A stretch of DNA of 64,000 nucleotides from an uncultured Verrucomicrobiae bacterium (GTDB lineage: Bacteria > Verrucomicrobiota > Verrucomicrobiia > Limisphaerales > Palsa-1400): positions 320,001 to 384,000 of the forward strand of contig CAVXRD010000002.1 of NCBI GenBank assembly GCA_963764165.1, read 5' to 3'. The position numbers and the translations under genes were made by a program. Below the pieces are notes generated by a model. That model did not search any database. It saw only the letters and a list, made by a program, of their open reading frames with translations, and was not told where the DNA came from. Below, piece by piece: positions 39,624 through 50,365 of this stretch (positions are counted from its first letter, which is position 1; every line of letters starts with the position of its first letter).

Positions 39624-41312
39624 TCAGATCTCGACAGGGTCTCGCCCCACCCATTGGGAACGCCTGAAACTGAGCAGAAGCACCCAGCCGGCGATGCCCG
39701 AGCACGTCCACGCGAAGACGTCGCCATGCCGGGTGTAATAGGTCATGCCGCGGTTTTCCGCGCTGCGCAGCGGAATCGCGGGCGTCAGATAGCCTGGCCC
39801 GTAAATGTCGTTCCCTTGGTGCAAATATTCGCGGAGGCGGCCGGCGGAATCGATCCAGCACGTCAAACCATTATTGGAGCAGCGCAGGAGCGGGACGCCA
39901 TTTTCGACCGCCCGAAACACCGCCCCGGCCGCCTGCTGCTTTTGCTCGGCGCCAGCTCCGAACCAGCCATCGTTTGTCAGGTTGATGAGAAAATCCGTGT
40001 CACCATCGACGTGCTCGCGCGCTTCCTGCGGGAACATATCCTCGAAGCAAATCAGCACTGATGTTCGCGCCGAGAGGCCCGTCAAATCGAACGGCACCGC
40101 CCGGTCGCCCGCCGTAAAACCGCTGCCGATGGGAGTCAGGATTTTCAGGAACGGCAGCCAGCGCACAAGCGGAATGTACTCGCCAAAAATGACCAGACGC
40201 CGTTTGTGGTAGGTGGCCTGAAGGTGCGCCTCCGGATCAATCAGCAGGCTGGCATTGTAAGCCGCCTCCTCCCCTGACGGAAGCGCCTCCTCGGAATCGC
40301 CGCAGAGAATCAGCCACGCCGAATGATCCGCCAGCAATTCCCGAATGCTCCGCCGAATCAACTCGCCGACAGTCGCTTCGTCCTGGGGGCCGTAATCGGG
40401 CAGCGCGGATTCCGGCCACAAAATAAGGCGGGGCTTCTCAGCCAGCGCTTTCCGCGACAACTCAAGGACTTTCAGGAAACCATTCGTATTCTCTTTCGGA
40501 TCCCAGATTAATGTCTGCGGAATGCTGGGCTGGATGAGTGCGACTTTTATTTCGCGCTCCGGCTTCGGAATGCGGTCGCCAACTTTCAACATCCCGTAGG
40601 CGCCATCGCAAGCCACCGCCAAGAGCGGAAGAAATGCCTGGCTCCAGATTGAGATGGTGGAGGGCTTGCGCCACAAGCCGACGAGCGCGCTGGCAATGGC
40701 AACGGAGAACCACGCCATCAAGAACGAGACGCCGTAAACGCCCGTCACCGACGCCATTTGAATCAACGGCAGCATGGCGGATTGCGAGTTGCCCAAATAA
40801 TTCCACGGGAATCCGCTGAGGAACAAGCCGCGCATGAGTTCCAGCCCCACCCACCCTGCCCCGCACACCAACGCCCACTGCACCCGCCGCAGTCCAGCCG
40901 CAGCGAGAAATTCATCCGCCCGCTGCGTCAACGATAATTCCGCGCCGCCGGGTTTCACCGGAAAAATCCGCCAGGAAAACCACACCCACAATCCAAAATA
41001 GATTCCGCAATACCCGCTCAACGCGATCCAGGCGAGCCCGGGCGCGATCGGTATTCCGTGCCAGGCAAATGGCATGGCCAGCAGCCAGTAAATGGAACTC
41101 AGAAAATGAACTGTCCCTCCAAAAAAACCGATCCTGAAAGCGCGCCAGCCGCGTTCGCCCAGCGCGGCGAAAAGAAGCAAGCCTGGCCCCGCCCAGGCCG
41201 CGCCGGCAATTTCCCACGGGGAGAACCCGGCGCTCATCATCAAGCCGGCCAATGCCGCCAGACCATAACGCGCCTTCACCGGCCATCTTGACTGAGAATT
41301 TTTCGATGCCAC
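39624..41312 (-). CDS. lnt: Apolipoprotein N-acyltransferase
   Basis: GFPWNYLG, LILWPESA, YHKRRLVIFGEYIP, LICFED, NLTNDGWF, RAVENG. Confidence 0.95.
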   Translation of the reverse strand: MASKNSQSRWPVKARYGLAALAGLMMSAGFSPWEIAGAAWAGPGLLLFAALGERGWRAFRIGFFGGTVHFLSSIYWLLAMPFAWHGIPIAPGLAWIALSGYCGIYFGLWVWFSWRIFPVKPGGAELSLTQRADEFLAAAGLRRVQWALVCGAGWVGLELMRGLFLSGFPWNYLGNSQSAMLPLIQMASVTGVYGVSFLMAWFSVAIASALVGLWRKPSTISIWSQAFLPLLAVACDGAYGMLKVGDRIPKPEREIKVALIQPSIPQTLIWDPKENTNGFLKVLELSRKALAEKPRLILWPESALPDYGPQDEATVGELIRRSIRELLADHSAWLILCGDSEEALPSGEEAAYNASLLIDPEAHLQATYHKRRLVIFGEYIPLVRWLPFLKILTPIGSGFTAGDRAVPFDLTGLSARTSVLICFEDMFPQEAREHVDGDTDFLINLTNDGWFGAGAEQKQQAAGAVFRAVENGVPLLRCSNNGLTCWIDSAGRLREYLHQGNDIYGPGYLTPAIPLRSAENRGMTYYTRHGDVFAWTCSGIAGWVLLLSFRRSQWVGRDPVEI

Positions 41313-41388
41313 AAAAACGCCGCCATTATGTTTCCGCGGAAATCGAAAGCGAGTTTACATTTGACGGCCGCCAGCCCATCCTTTGCCA

Positions 41389-41877
41389 ATGCGCCAAATC
41401 ACCGCGCTCGTGATTTTGAGTTTTGCTTTGCTTGCGCCCGCCGTTGACGCGGGCGAGGGCAAGGTCGTCAAGGTTTTGCCCCAGTATTTGGATAAGCAGG
41501 GCCGTTACGCTCTTTCGCCCAGCCTCTATGAACGAGACGCCTATCAGGCTATTTTGAGGAAGTCTCCCGGGAACCAGGGAGGTGTGCGCCTCGCCGTGGA
41601 ATGGAAGGCGAAGAAAGTCGACTGGACTCATTTGACGATGCGGGCGGAAATGCGCTGCCTGACCAACGACACCCTGCAAACTGTCACTTTGCAGCAGCCC
41701 GTCGTCAAAACTGGCTGGCTTAATAATTGGTCTGAATTCAGGATCACGGGCGACAAATATAAGAAATTCGGACACTTGGTGGCCTGGCGCGTCACACTTT
41801 GGGACGGCGACAAGCAGCTCAGCGCGATGGAGTCGTTCCTTTGGAGCGGCGTGGATCCCAAGAATCTGACGCCCTGA
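41389..41877 (+). CDS. Hypothetical exported protein
   Basis: Signal peptide; KVLPQYLD..GR.ALSPSLYERDAYQA, AWRVTLWDGD, SFLW. Confidence 0.75.
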   Translation: MRQITALVILSFALLAPAVDAGEGKVVKVLPQYLDKQGRYALSPSLYERDAYQAILRKSPGNQGGVRLAVEWKAKKVDWTHLTMRAEMRCLTNDTLQTVTLQQPVVKTGWLNNWSEFRITGDKYKKFGHLVAWRVTLWDGDKQLSAMESFLWSGVDPKNLTP

Positions 41878-41884
41878 TTCCTGG

Positions 41885-41997
41885 CAGGTACGCCTTTGGG
41901 AAGCCGAAGTTCGGCCCGAGGCGTCCGAGGTCGTGGCATTATTCGAGCGCGTTGGGACTTGCGAATGTCCCCGGACGCCTCGGCGAGGCGTCCCTAC
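41885..41997. repeat. GTAG-type REP with a degenerate, interrupted partner
   Basis: GGACGCCTCGGCGAGGCGTCCCTAC at 41973-41997; left remnant GCAGGTACGCCT...CGAGGCGTCC. Confidence 0.8.
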
Positions 41998-42005
41998 CTT
42001 GGAAG

Positions 42006-43715
42006 TCAGGCTGGCGGCGCCAGTTTCTCCGTCACTTTCGCCAATGCCTCTTCTACCTTCACAGGTGTCAACACACCGCCGCGCATCTTCAATTCCACTT
42101 CTCCCTTGGCCAGTGATTTCTCGCCAATGCCGACGCGGATCGGGAAGCCGATCAATTCGGAGTCCTTGAATTTCACTCCCGGGCGCTCGTCCCGGTCGTC
42201 CATGATGACATCCACGCCGCGAGCCGTTAAATCAGCGTAAAGCTGCTCCGCCAGCTTCATCACGGCGCCGTCCGGCGCAATCGAAAGCGGTGTCAAACAC
42301 ACTGTATAGGGCGCGACGCTGAGCGGCCAGATGATGCCGTCCTTGTCATTGGACTGCTCGATGATGGCTTGCATCGTGCGGGTCACGCCGATGCCGTAGC
42401 AGCCCATGATGGCCGGGCGTTTCTGGCCGGTTTCATCGAGAAACATCGCGTTCAACGCCTCGCTAAATTTGGTGCCGAGCTTGAAAACGTGACCGACTTC
42501 GATGGCGCGGCGAATATGCAGGGGCTGGCCGCAATTGGCGCACGGCTCGCCCGCTTTCACGAGGCGGAAATCGCTCCACTTTTGCACCGTGATGTCGCGC
42601 CCGATGTCTACTTGACTCAAATGAAAACCGTCTTCGTTCGCGCCCGTCGTCATGTTGGCCGCGCCGCGCAGCGTCTCATCCGCATACACCGGCGCATGAG
42701 TCACGCCGACCGCGCCAAGGCTGCCGGGGCGCGCCTTCAGCAAGGCCGCGATTTCCTCCGCTTCGGCGGGGCGGAATGTGGCGGTGCCGAGGGCCCCCGC
42801 AAGCTTCGTTTCGTTTAATTGATGATCGCCGCGCATCAAAATAAGCGCCGGCTTGTCCTCGACAATGTAGACGAGCGTTTTGATCTGGCGATCCGCCGCC
42901 ACCGAATACGGCGCGCGGCTCAAGGCTTCAATAGTGACCACGCCCGGCGTGGCAAATTTTTCCGGCGCGCCGACGGATGTTGATTCCGTTTTCGAAACGC
43001 GGCTGGTGGCTTTTTCAACGTTGGCCGCGTATTGGCATTGCTCGCACCAGGCGACTTCGTTTTCGCCGGTTTCGGCGGGAACCATGAATTCGTGCGAAAA
43101 TTTTCCAGCCATGATCCCGGTGTCCGCCTCGACCGCCATTGTCTTCAATCCGCACCTCTGGAAGATGCGGGTGTAGGCGTCATACATTTTTTTGTAGCTG
43201 ACCAGCGCCGCTTCGTCCGTGGTGTCGAAGCTGTAAGCGTCCTTCATGATGAATTCCTTGGCGCGCATGAGGCCGAAGCGCGGGCGGATTTCGTCGCGGA
43301 ATTTCGTCTGGATTTGGTAGAAATTTTTTGGCAATTGGCGGTAGGAACTCAATTCGCCCGCCACCAAGGTGGTGACGACCTCCTCGTGGGTCGGGCCGAG
43401 CACCCATTCCTTGTTGGCCTTGTCGCGGGCTTTGAAAAGAACGCCCCGCGCCGTTTCGTAACGGCCGCTCTGCTGCCAGATTTCCGGCGGCTGAAGGGCG
43501 GGCATGAGAATCTCGAGGGCGCCCGTCCGATCCATTTCCTCGCGCACGATTTTTTCCACTTTGCGCAGCGCGCGCAGTCCGAGCGGGAGAAAAATGTAAA
43601 GCCCGCCGGTCAATTTCCGGGCCAATCCGGCTCGCAAAAGCAGCTTGTGCGAAATGATCTCGGCTTCCGCCGGGGTTTCTTTCAGAGTCGGAATTAAAGC
43701 CTGGCTCCAACGCAT
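42006..43715 (-). CDS. proS: Proline--tRNA ligase (with editing insertion)
   Basis: PTLKETPAEAEIISHKLLLRAG, GPTHEE, FRDEIRPRFGLMRAKEF, EVGHVFKLG, MGCYGIG. Confidence 0.98.
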   Translation of the reverse strand: MRWSQALIPTLKETPAEAEIISHKLLLRAGLARKLTGGLYIFLPLGLRALRKVEKIVREEMDRTGALEILMPALQPPEIWQQSGRYETARGVLFKARDKANKEWVLGPTHEEVVTTLVAGELSSYRQLPKNFYQIQTKFRDEIRPRFGLMRAKEFIMKDAYSFDTTDEAALVSYKKMYDAYTRIFQRCGLKTMAVEADTGIMAGKFSHEFMVPAETGENEVAWCEQCQYAANVEKATSRVSKTESTSVGAPEKFATPGVVTIEALSRAPYSVAADRQIKTLVYIVEDKPALILMRGDHQLNETKLAGALGTATFRPAEAEEIAALLKARPGSLGAVGVTHAPVYADETLRGAANMTTGANEDGFHLSQVDIGRDITVQKWSDFRLVKAGEPCANCGQPLHIRRAIEVGHVFKLGTKFSEALNAMFLDETGQKRPAIMGCYGIGVTRTMQAIIEQSNDKDGIIWPLSVAPYTVCLTPLSIAPDGAVMKLAEQLYADLTARGVDVIMDDRDERPGVKFKDSELIGFPIRVGIGEKSLAKGEVELKMRGGVLTPVKVEEALAKVTEKLAPPA

Positions 43716-43984
43716 AATAATAATTCTGTTTCCAGCGCTCGCGCCGGTGATTCGTTCCGCCGCCATCACATTGCAGCGAACGTTGATTGTGTCCCCGCCG
43801 TTCTTTCCGTCGCAAGACAAAACCGAACATGGGCGAAGGAATGGGAAATCAGACAACGCCCGGCATGGGAAAACAGCCGCAAGCGGGAAATGTTACCGGC
43901 TTGTTGCCGCCATGCAGCCGCGCCGAAAAACGAAATGATAAGATGGTTTGAGGCAAAGGTCGTTTCGGGCTATGCTCGCCGGGA

Positions 43985-45514
43985 ATGTCTGATCTCATCG
44001 CCATTGTCGGTCGTCCGAACGTCGGAAAATCGGCCCTGTTCAACCGCATTGCCGGACGCCGCATTGCCATTGTCCACGACCAGCCGGGAGTGACGCGCGA
44101 CCGCGTCACGGCCGAGGTTGAATGGGAGGGACGCCCGTTCACGCTCGTTGACACGGGAGGCATCGGGCTGGTCCACGGTGAGAAGGCTGCTGATGTCATT
44201 ACTCAGGCTGCTTTCGAGCAAGTCCAGATAGCGATTGAGGCGGCGGCGGTCATTATTCTTGTTGTCAACGTCCATGAAGGCGTCGTTCCTCTCGACAAGG
44301 AAGTGGCTGAGAAATTGCGCCGGGCCAAGAAGATCGTTTTGATGGCTGTCAACAAGGTGGACAATGACCGGGACGACGTCGGCGCGGGCGAGTTTTCCGA
44401 ATTGGGCTTCGACAAGATTTTTCCCGTCAGCGCCATTCATCAACGCGGCATTGACGCGCTGATGGGCGCCGCGATGGCCGCCCTGCCCCCGGCGGCTGAA
44501 TCCGAGGCCATCGCCGCCGCCGAACCGCCGTTGAAAATCGCCATCGTGGGCCGGCCCAATGTCGGCAAATCGTCGATCATCAACAAACTGACGAATTCCG
44601 AGCGCGTCATCGTTTCGCCGATTGCTGGAACCACGCGCGATTCGGTGGATGTGCCGTTCGAAGTCGAAACGGACGGCGTGCGTCAAAAATATCTTCTTAT
44701 TGACACTGCGGGTGTGCGCAAGGCCGCGCGGGTGGATGATTCCATCGAGTTTTTCAGCGTCAAACGCACGGAGGAATCCATTGCCCGCTGCGATCTGGCC
44801 CTGCTGGTGCTCGATGCATCCGCCGGCATCACGCAGCAGGACAAGAAAGTGGCGGATAAAATCACCGAGGAGCGCAAAGCGTGCATCCTGGTCATCAACA
44901 AATGGGACCTTGCCACTCCCGGCCTCGAACATGGCCGGCGCGAAATGGCGGCGGAGCGCCGTGAAGGTTACCGAGAAGGCCAGGCCCGGGCGTTGACGAC
45001 GCTTTCCGAATTTGCAACTTGGGTGCAGGAGCAGTTGTTCTTCCTTGATTACGCACCGGTCATTTTCACTTCTGCGGAAACGGGGTTTCACCTTGATCGC
45101 CTGCTCGAATCGATCCGCTACGTCGTCTCGCAGCTTAAGCAAAAAGTGCCGACGTCGATCCTCAATCGCACGCTGAACGACGCCATCGAACGGCGGCAGC
45201 CGGTCAGTTCGGCGGGACATCGGTTAAAGTTTTTTTACGCGACGCAAATCAAACCCGCTCCGCCGACCTTCCTGCTTTTCGTGAACCGCACCGATTTGCT
45301 TTCGGACCAATATCGGAAATACCTGTCGCAGGAAATGCGCAAGGCGTTTGGTTACGAAGGCTGCCCGATTAACTTCGTTGCCCGGGAACGAGAAAGAACC
45401 ATCGAGCCGGTTCGGAAATTCCGGCCGGCGGCGGACAAGGGATTCAGCGGGCCAAAAATTCAGCGCCGCTCCAAAAATACCCAGCGCCCGCGGCGCGGGG
45501 GGCGGACCCGGTAA
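43985..45514 (+). CDS. der: Ribosome biogenesis GTPase Der (EngA)
   Basis: Two GRPNVGKS G-domains plus a KH-like C-terminus (FFYATQ, PPTFLLFVN). Confidence 0.97.
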   Translation: MSDLIAIVGRPNVGKSALFNRIAGRRIAIVHDQPGVTRDRVTAEVEWEGRPFTLVDTGGIGLVHGEKAADVITQAAFEQVQIAIEAAAVIILVVNVHEGVVPLDKEVAEKLRRAKKIVLMAVNKVDNDRDDVGAGEFSELGFDKIFPVSAIHQRGIDALMGAAMAALPPAAESEAIAAAEPPLKIAIVGRPNVGKSSIINKLTNSERVIVSPIAGTTRDSVDVPFEVETDGVRQKYLLIDTAGVRKAARVDDSIEFFSVKRTEESIARCDLALLVLDASAGITQQDKKVADKITEERKACILVINKWDLATPGLEHGRREMAAERREGYREGQARALTTLSEFATWVQEQLFFLDYAPVIFTSAETGFHLDRLLESIRYVVSQLKQKVPTSILNRTLNDAIERRQPVSSAGHRLKFFYATQIKPAPPTFLLFVNRTDLLSDQYRKYLSQEMRKAFGYEGCPINFVARERERTIEPVRKFRPAADKGFSGPKIQRRSKNTQRPRRGGRTR

Positions 45515-45999
45515 TGCAACCATCGACTGAGAAAGATTCCATTTTCATGCGCGCCGCCATTGCGCTGGCGGCGGAACACATGCGCGCCAAAGATGGCGGG
45601 CCATTCGGCGCCGTTATCACTCGCGGCGATTCCATAGTCGCGCGAGGCTGGAACAAGGTGACTTCGACGAACGACCCGACGGCGCACGCGGAGGTTACGG
45701 CCATCCGCTCCGCGGCGACGGCGTTGAACACGTTCGTCTTAGGCGGCTGTGTGCTTTACACAAGTTGCGAACCGTGCCCGATGTGCCTTGGAGCGGCTTA
45801 CTGGGCGCGGGTCGATCGCATCGTCTTTGCCGCCACGCGGGCGGACGCTGCCGCCATTGGATTTGACGACGCGCACATCTATCAGGAATTGACTGTGCCG
45901 CTCGCGGCGCGAAAACTGCCCATTCACGAATGGCTGCGCGAGGAGGGCGTGGCTGTCATGCGCGAATGGTTCGCCACACCCGATAAAACATTGTATTGA
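45514..45999 (+). CDS. Nucleoside/guanine deaminase (cytidine-deaminase fold)
   Basis: GGPFGAVI, DPTAHAEV, YTSCEPCPMCLGA, GFDD. Confidence 0.92.
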   Translation: MQPSTEKDSIFMRAAIALAAEHMRAKDGGPFGAVITRGDSIVARGWNKVTSTNDPTAHAEVTAIRSAATALNTFVLGGCVLYTSCEPCPMCLGAAYWARVDRIVFAATRADAAAIGFDDAHIYQELTVPLAARKLPIHEWLREEGVAVMREWFATPDKTLY

Positions 46000-46044
46000 C
46001 TGCCGGGTATGTGCGCGAAAGTTTTGATGCTTCCCAAAGCCCTC

Positions 46045-46149
46045 GGAGATACGGCTGTGTCGAAGATCAGCCGCAGCAACGTCAAAACCTAGAGGCGCGT
46101 TAGTTTAATCGAATGCTGCTGCGGCTGGTCTTCGACACAGCCGCGCTCC
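46045..46149. repeat. GGAG-type REP doublet
   Basis: CGGCTGTGTCGAAGATCAGCCGCAGCA ... TGCTGCGGCTGGTCTTCGACACAGCCGCGCTCC between convergent genes. Confidence 0.85.
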
Positions 46150-46158
46150 GACAAAAAT

Positions 46159-47667
46159 CTACGCCGCAGCAGCGAATTTTCCCGTCAAATAATTGACGTG
46201 GTCGCTTATGCCAGTCGGCTCCCCGGTGGCGAGCCGGATCAGCTCTCGCGGATTGTAGCGCGATCCTTTGCGATGAATCTTATCCTGCAGCCACGTCAGC
46301 AGCGGCTTGTATTCCCCGCTCGCCAATTCGCCGGCCAGCGACGGATTATCTGCGGCCGCGCGGCGCATCAATTGCGCGGCATTCAAGTTGCCGAGCGAAT
46401 ACGTCGGGAAGTAGCCAATCAGCCCGATGGACCAATGAATATCCTGCAGGCAGCCCTCGGAGTCCTTTGTGACCTTCAACCCGAACATTTTCTCGAATTG
46501 CTCGTTCCAATAAGCGGGGATGTCGGAAGTCTTCAATTTTCCCTCAGCCAAATTCACTTCGATTTCGAACCGCAAAATGATGTGCAGATCGTAAGTCACT
46601 TGGTCCGCCTCCACGCGAATGAAACTCGGCGAAACCCGGTTGACCGCCGCGGAAATTTGCTCGGGGGAGAATTTCTTCAAACCGGGAAGAAACTCGCAGG
46701 CCATAGAATGCCAATGCTCCCAAAAGGCGGGCGCGCGGCCCACATGATTCTCCCAAAGGCGCGATTGAGATTCGTGAATGGCGAGCGAAACCGCGGAACC
46801 ATTCGGCGTGCCGTAATCGTCCTGCACCAATCCCTGCTCATACATCCCGTGTCCCGCCTCGTGGAGGACGCCGTAAAGCGATTGGGCGAATTCGCTTTCG
46901 TCATAACGCGTCGTCAAACGGCAATCCCCTGCTCCGACGGTTGAGCAAAACGGGTGCGTCGTGGTGTCGATGCGGCCCGCTTTGAAATCGAACCCGATCG
47001 CCTCCGCCACTTTGCGATTGAAGGCTTGCTGGGCGGCGACGGGATATTCGCCCTTGAGCAAATCCTTGGGCACCTCGGCGGATTTGGCGACCGCCGGCCC
47101 CAGGACGCGCTCGATGGCGGGACGCATCTCCGCGAAAAGCTGGCGCAACTGCGACGCTTTCGCGCCAGGCTCGTAACCTTCAATCAGCGCGTCATAAGGC
47201 GATTCCTGGTAGCCCCAGCAATCGGCCATCTTGCGTGTCAAGTCGAGGATTTTGTCGAGGTGCGGTTTGAAGATGGAAAAATCCGATTGTTGACGCGCCT
47301 GCCGCCACGCCTCGCGCGAGTGGGCGCGCACGCGCTCCAGCTTTTCAATCAGCCGCGGCGGAACTTTGGTGGCGCGGTCGTATTGGCGGCGCCATTCGCG
47401 CAAATTTCCCGCCTGATCGGAATCCGGCGCAAATCCGTGCTGCTCGCATTCAGAAATCCATTGGCCGACTTGCTTGGCAATAAATTGGCGGTGCGAATAA
47501 CCCGACAGCCACGCCAGTTGCTCCGCGCGGTAGGGCAGCGATTTCGCGGGCATGTAGGTTTCCTGATCCCACGTCAGGACGCTGGCGGCGCTGGTGGCGA
47601 GCGCGATTCCGCGCGCGCGCTGCAGCAGCTTCTTATAAGCGGCAGGAGCTTCGGGCAATGTCGACAT
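46159..47667 (-). CDS. Carboxypeptidase, family M32
   Basis: HPF, HEAGH (HEXXH), HESQS, IRVEAD, GCLQDIHW, GYFPTYSLG. Confidence 0.95.
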   Translation of the reverse strand: MSTLPEAPAAYKKLLQRARGIALATSAASVLTWDQETYMPAKSLPYRAEQLAWLSGYSHRQFIAKQVGQWISECEQHGFAPDSDQAGNLREWRRQYDRATKVPPRLIEKLERVRAHSREAWRQARQQSDFSIFKPHLDKILDLTRKMADCWGYQESPYDALIEGYEPGAKASQLRQLFAEMRPAIERVLGPAVAKSAEVPKDLLKGEYPVAAQQAFNRKVAEAIGFDFKAGRIDTTTHPFCSTVGAGDCRLTTRYDESEFAQSLYGVLHEAGHGMYEQGLVQDDYGTPNGSAVSLAIHESQSRLWENHVGRAPAFWEHWHSMACEFLPGLKKFSPEQISAAVNRVSPSFIRVEADQVTYDLHIILRFEIEVNLAEGKLKTSDIPAYWNEQFEKMFGLKVTKDSEGCLQDIHWSIGLIGYFPTYSLGNLNAAQLMRRAAADNPSLAGELASGEYKPLLTWLQDKIHRKGSRYNPRELIRLATGEPTGISDHVNYLTGKFAAAA

Positions 47668-47731
47668 GAGGGAAATCTCGCTCGTTTCCCGCGTTACCTC
47701 AAATAAAATTCCATCCCCCAATCAGGGGATG

Positions 47732-48316
47732 CTATTTGATGCCGTCAAGGGCGAGGTTCAACCGGAGGACATTAACCCCCGGTTCCCCAAGAAAGCCGAG
47801 GCCGGGCTGATCCGTGTATTCGACAATCAGCGCCTTCAATTCCTCAAGCTTCAGCCCCCGCTCTTTCGCCACGCGTGGCGCTTGCAAGGCGGCGTTTTCC
47901 GGGCTGATGTGCTGGTCCAATCCGCTCGCCGAACCGGTGACGGCGTCGGCGGGAACGGAAGCGTTCGTGGCCAGGCCGTTTTGCGAACGGTAATCCGCGA
48001 TATTCTGCGTGATGGAGTCGGCGAGCTTCCTGGACGTCGGGCCGAGGTTGCTTCCGCTTGAGCTGGTTGGATCGTAGCCGTTGTCGCCAGCGGAGGACGG
48101 GCGCGGATGGAAGTATTTCGCGCCGGTGAAATTTTGCCCGATCAACTTCGAGCCGCGAATGGTTCCACTTTTGTCAATAATAAGACTGCCGTCGGCCTTG
48201 TCGGCCCATGCCCGCCCGAGTCCGAAGACTAACAGCGGATACAATCCGCAACATACCACCGCCAGCACAACCGTGCTCATGACGGCGCTTCTGAATTGAT
48301 TGAGGAATTCTTTCAT
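47732..48316 (-). CDS. kdpC: K+-transporting ATPase subunit C
   Basis: GSKLIGQNF, YFHPRPS, SGSNLGP, SASGLDQHIS, VNVLRLNLALD. Confidence 0.96.
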   Translation of the reverse strand: MKEFLNQFRSAVMSTVVLAVVCCGLYPLLVFGLGRAWADKADGSLIIDKSGTIRGSKLIGQNFTGAKYFHPRPSSAGDNGYDPTSSSGSNLGPTSRKLADSITQNIADYRSQNGLATNASVPADAVTGSASGLDQHISPENAALQAPRVAKERGLKLEELKALIVEYTDQPGLGFLGEPGVNVLRLNLALDGIK

Positions 48317-48318
48317 AA

Positions 48319-50361
48319 TTACGCCCATTTCAAAGCTGTGATCACCACGTCGATAATCTTGATGCCGACGAACGGAATCACGATGCCGCCCAAGCCGTAG
48401 ATAAGAAGGTTGCGCTGGAGAATGGCCTCGGCCCCAATCGGCTTGTAGGCCACGCCGCGCAATGCCAGCGGAATCAGCGCAATAATAATGAGCGCGTTGA
48501 AGATGACCGCGCTCAAAATGGCGCTGCTGGGGCTGTGCAGCGACATCACGTTCAGCGGAGCGATGGCGGGAAAGGTTCCCATCAGCATCGCAGGGACGAT
48601 GGCGAAATATTTTGCTATGTCGTTGGCGATGCTGAAGGTGGTCAGCGAGCCGCGCGTGATCAAAAGCTGTTTTCCGATTTCCACGATCTCGATGAGCTTC
48701 GTTGGATTGCTGTCGAGATCGACCATGTTGCCGGCTTCGCGCGCGGCCTGCGTGCCGGTGTTCATCGCGACGCCAACATCGGCCTGGGCCAGGGCGGGCG
48801 CGTCGTTGGTGCCGTCGCCCGTCATCGCAACGAGGTGGCCGGCGGCCTGCTCCTCGCGGATGCGCTTGAGTTTTTGCTCCGGCGTGGCCTGGGCCATAAA
48901 ATCGTCCACGCCGGCTTCGGCGGCGATGGCGGCAGCGGTGAGTTGGTTGTCGCCCGTGATCATCACAGTGCGAATTCCCATTTTCCGCAACTGCGCGAAC
49001 CGCTCTTTGATGCCGCCCTTGACGACGTCCTTGAGCTGCACGACGCCAAGAACATCGCGCCCTTCCGCCACCACGAGCGGCGTGCCGCCCGCGCGCGAAA
49101 TGTCCTCGACCGCGGAGGTGACGGGCGCGGGAAACTTTCCGCCCGCGTGGTCGACGAAAATGGAAATCGATTCCGCCGCGCCTTTGCGAATGCTTCGCGC
49201 CAATGATCCATTCACGGCGGGAAAATCAACACCGCTCATTCTAGTTTGCGCAGTGAATGGAACAAACGTCGCGTGCGGTTGCGCCACTTCGCGCCCGCGC
49301 AAATTGAATTTCTCCTTCGCCAGCACGACGATGCTGCGGCCTTCCGGCGTTTCGTCCGCCAGCGACGCAAGTTGAGCCGCATCGGCGAGGCGTTCAGGCT
49401 TTATGTTCGGGGCAGGAATGAAGGCAGTCGCCATGCGGTTGCCGAGCGTGATGGTTCCTGTCTTGTCAAGCAGAAGAACGTCCACGTCTCCCGCCGCCTC
49501 CACGGCGCGCCCGCTGACGGCCATGACGTTGCGGCGAATCAGCCGGTCAATCCCGCTGATGCCAATGGCGCTTAGCAATCCACCGATGGTCGTCGGTATC
49601 AAGCAAACCAATAACGCCACAAGCACAGGCACGGAAAAATCCGTATTCGAATAAGCGCCAAACGCTTTCAACGTCACGCAGACCAGGAGGAAGATGATGG
49701 TCAGTGCTGACAATAATATAGTGAGCGCGATTTCGTTGGGTGTTTTCTGCCGGCGCGCGCCTTCCACCATGGCGATCATGCGATCCAGGAACGTGTTCCC
49801 CTTCTCCGACGTGATGCGAATCACGATGCGATCACTCAGAACGCGAGTTCCTCCGGTAACCGCGCAGCGATCACCGCCGCTCTCGCGAATAACGGGCGCA
49901 GACTCGCCCGTAATAGCCGCTTCGTCAACACTCGCGATGCCTTCAATCACGTCGCCGTCGGCGGGAATGACGTCGTTGGCCTCGCAGACGACGAGATCCC
50001 CTTTGGCCAGGTCCGTCGCGGGGACGCGTTCTTCGGTATTATTGCGAAGGCGCCGGGCCATCGTGTCCTTGCGGCTCCGGCGAAGGCTGTCCGCCTGGGC
50101 TTTGCCGCGGCCTTCGGCAACGGCTTCCGCGAAATTGGCAAAGAGCACGGTAAACCAAAGCCAGAGCGCGAGTTGGAAAATGAAACCGCGCTCTGCTGGG
50201 GCGCCGGTGAAAATGGCGATCGTGGTCAGCGCCGCGCCAACCATCGTGACGAACATCACCGGATTGCGAACCATCACGCGCGGGTCAAGTTTCTTGAACG
50301 CGTTGATGACCGCCGGCCCGGCGATGGTCCAGTCAAATAAAGAGGGGGCTTTTTGCGTCAT
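48319..50361 (-). CDS. kdpB: K+-transporting ATPase subunit B
   Basis: [25 protein letters not shown]. Confidence 0.98.
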   Translation of the reverse strand: MTQKAPSLFDWTIAGPAVINAFKKLDPRVMVRNPVMFVTMVGAALTTIAIFTGAPAERGFIFQLALWLWFTVLFANFAEAVAEGRGKAQADSLRRSRKDTMARRLRNNTEERVPATDLAKGDLVVCEANDVIPADGDVIEGIASVDEAAITGESAPVIRESGGDRCAVTGGTRVLSDRIVIRITSEKGNTFLDRMIAMVEGARRQKTPNEIALTILLSALTIIFLLVCVTLKAFGAYSNTDFSVPVLVALLVCLIPTTIGGLLSAIGISGIDRLIRRNVMAVSGRAVEAAGDVDVLLLDKTGTITLGNRMATAFIPAPNIKPERLADAAQLASLADETPEGRSIVVLAKEKFNLRGREVAQPHATFVPFTAQTRMSGVDFPAVNGSLARSIRKGAAESISIFVDHAGGKFPAPVTSAVEDISRAGGTPLVVAEGRDVLGVVQLKDVVKGGIKERFAQLRKMGIRTVMITGDNQLTAAAIAAEAGVDDFMAQATPEQKLKRIREEQAAGHLVAMTGDGTNDAPALAQADVGVAMNTGTQAAREAGNMVDLDSNPTKLIEIVEIGKQLLITRGSLTTFSIANDIAKYFAIVPAMLMGTFPAIAPLNVMSLHSPSSAILSAVIFNALIIIALIPLALRGVAYKPIGAEAILQRNLLIYGLGGIVIPFVGIKIIDVVITALKWA

Positions 50362-50365
50362 AGGA

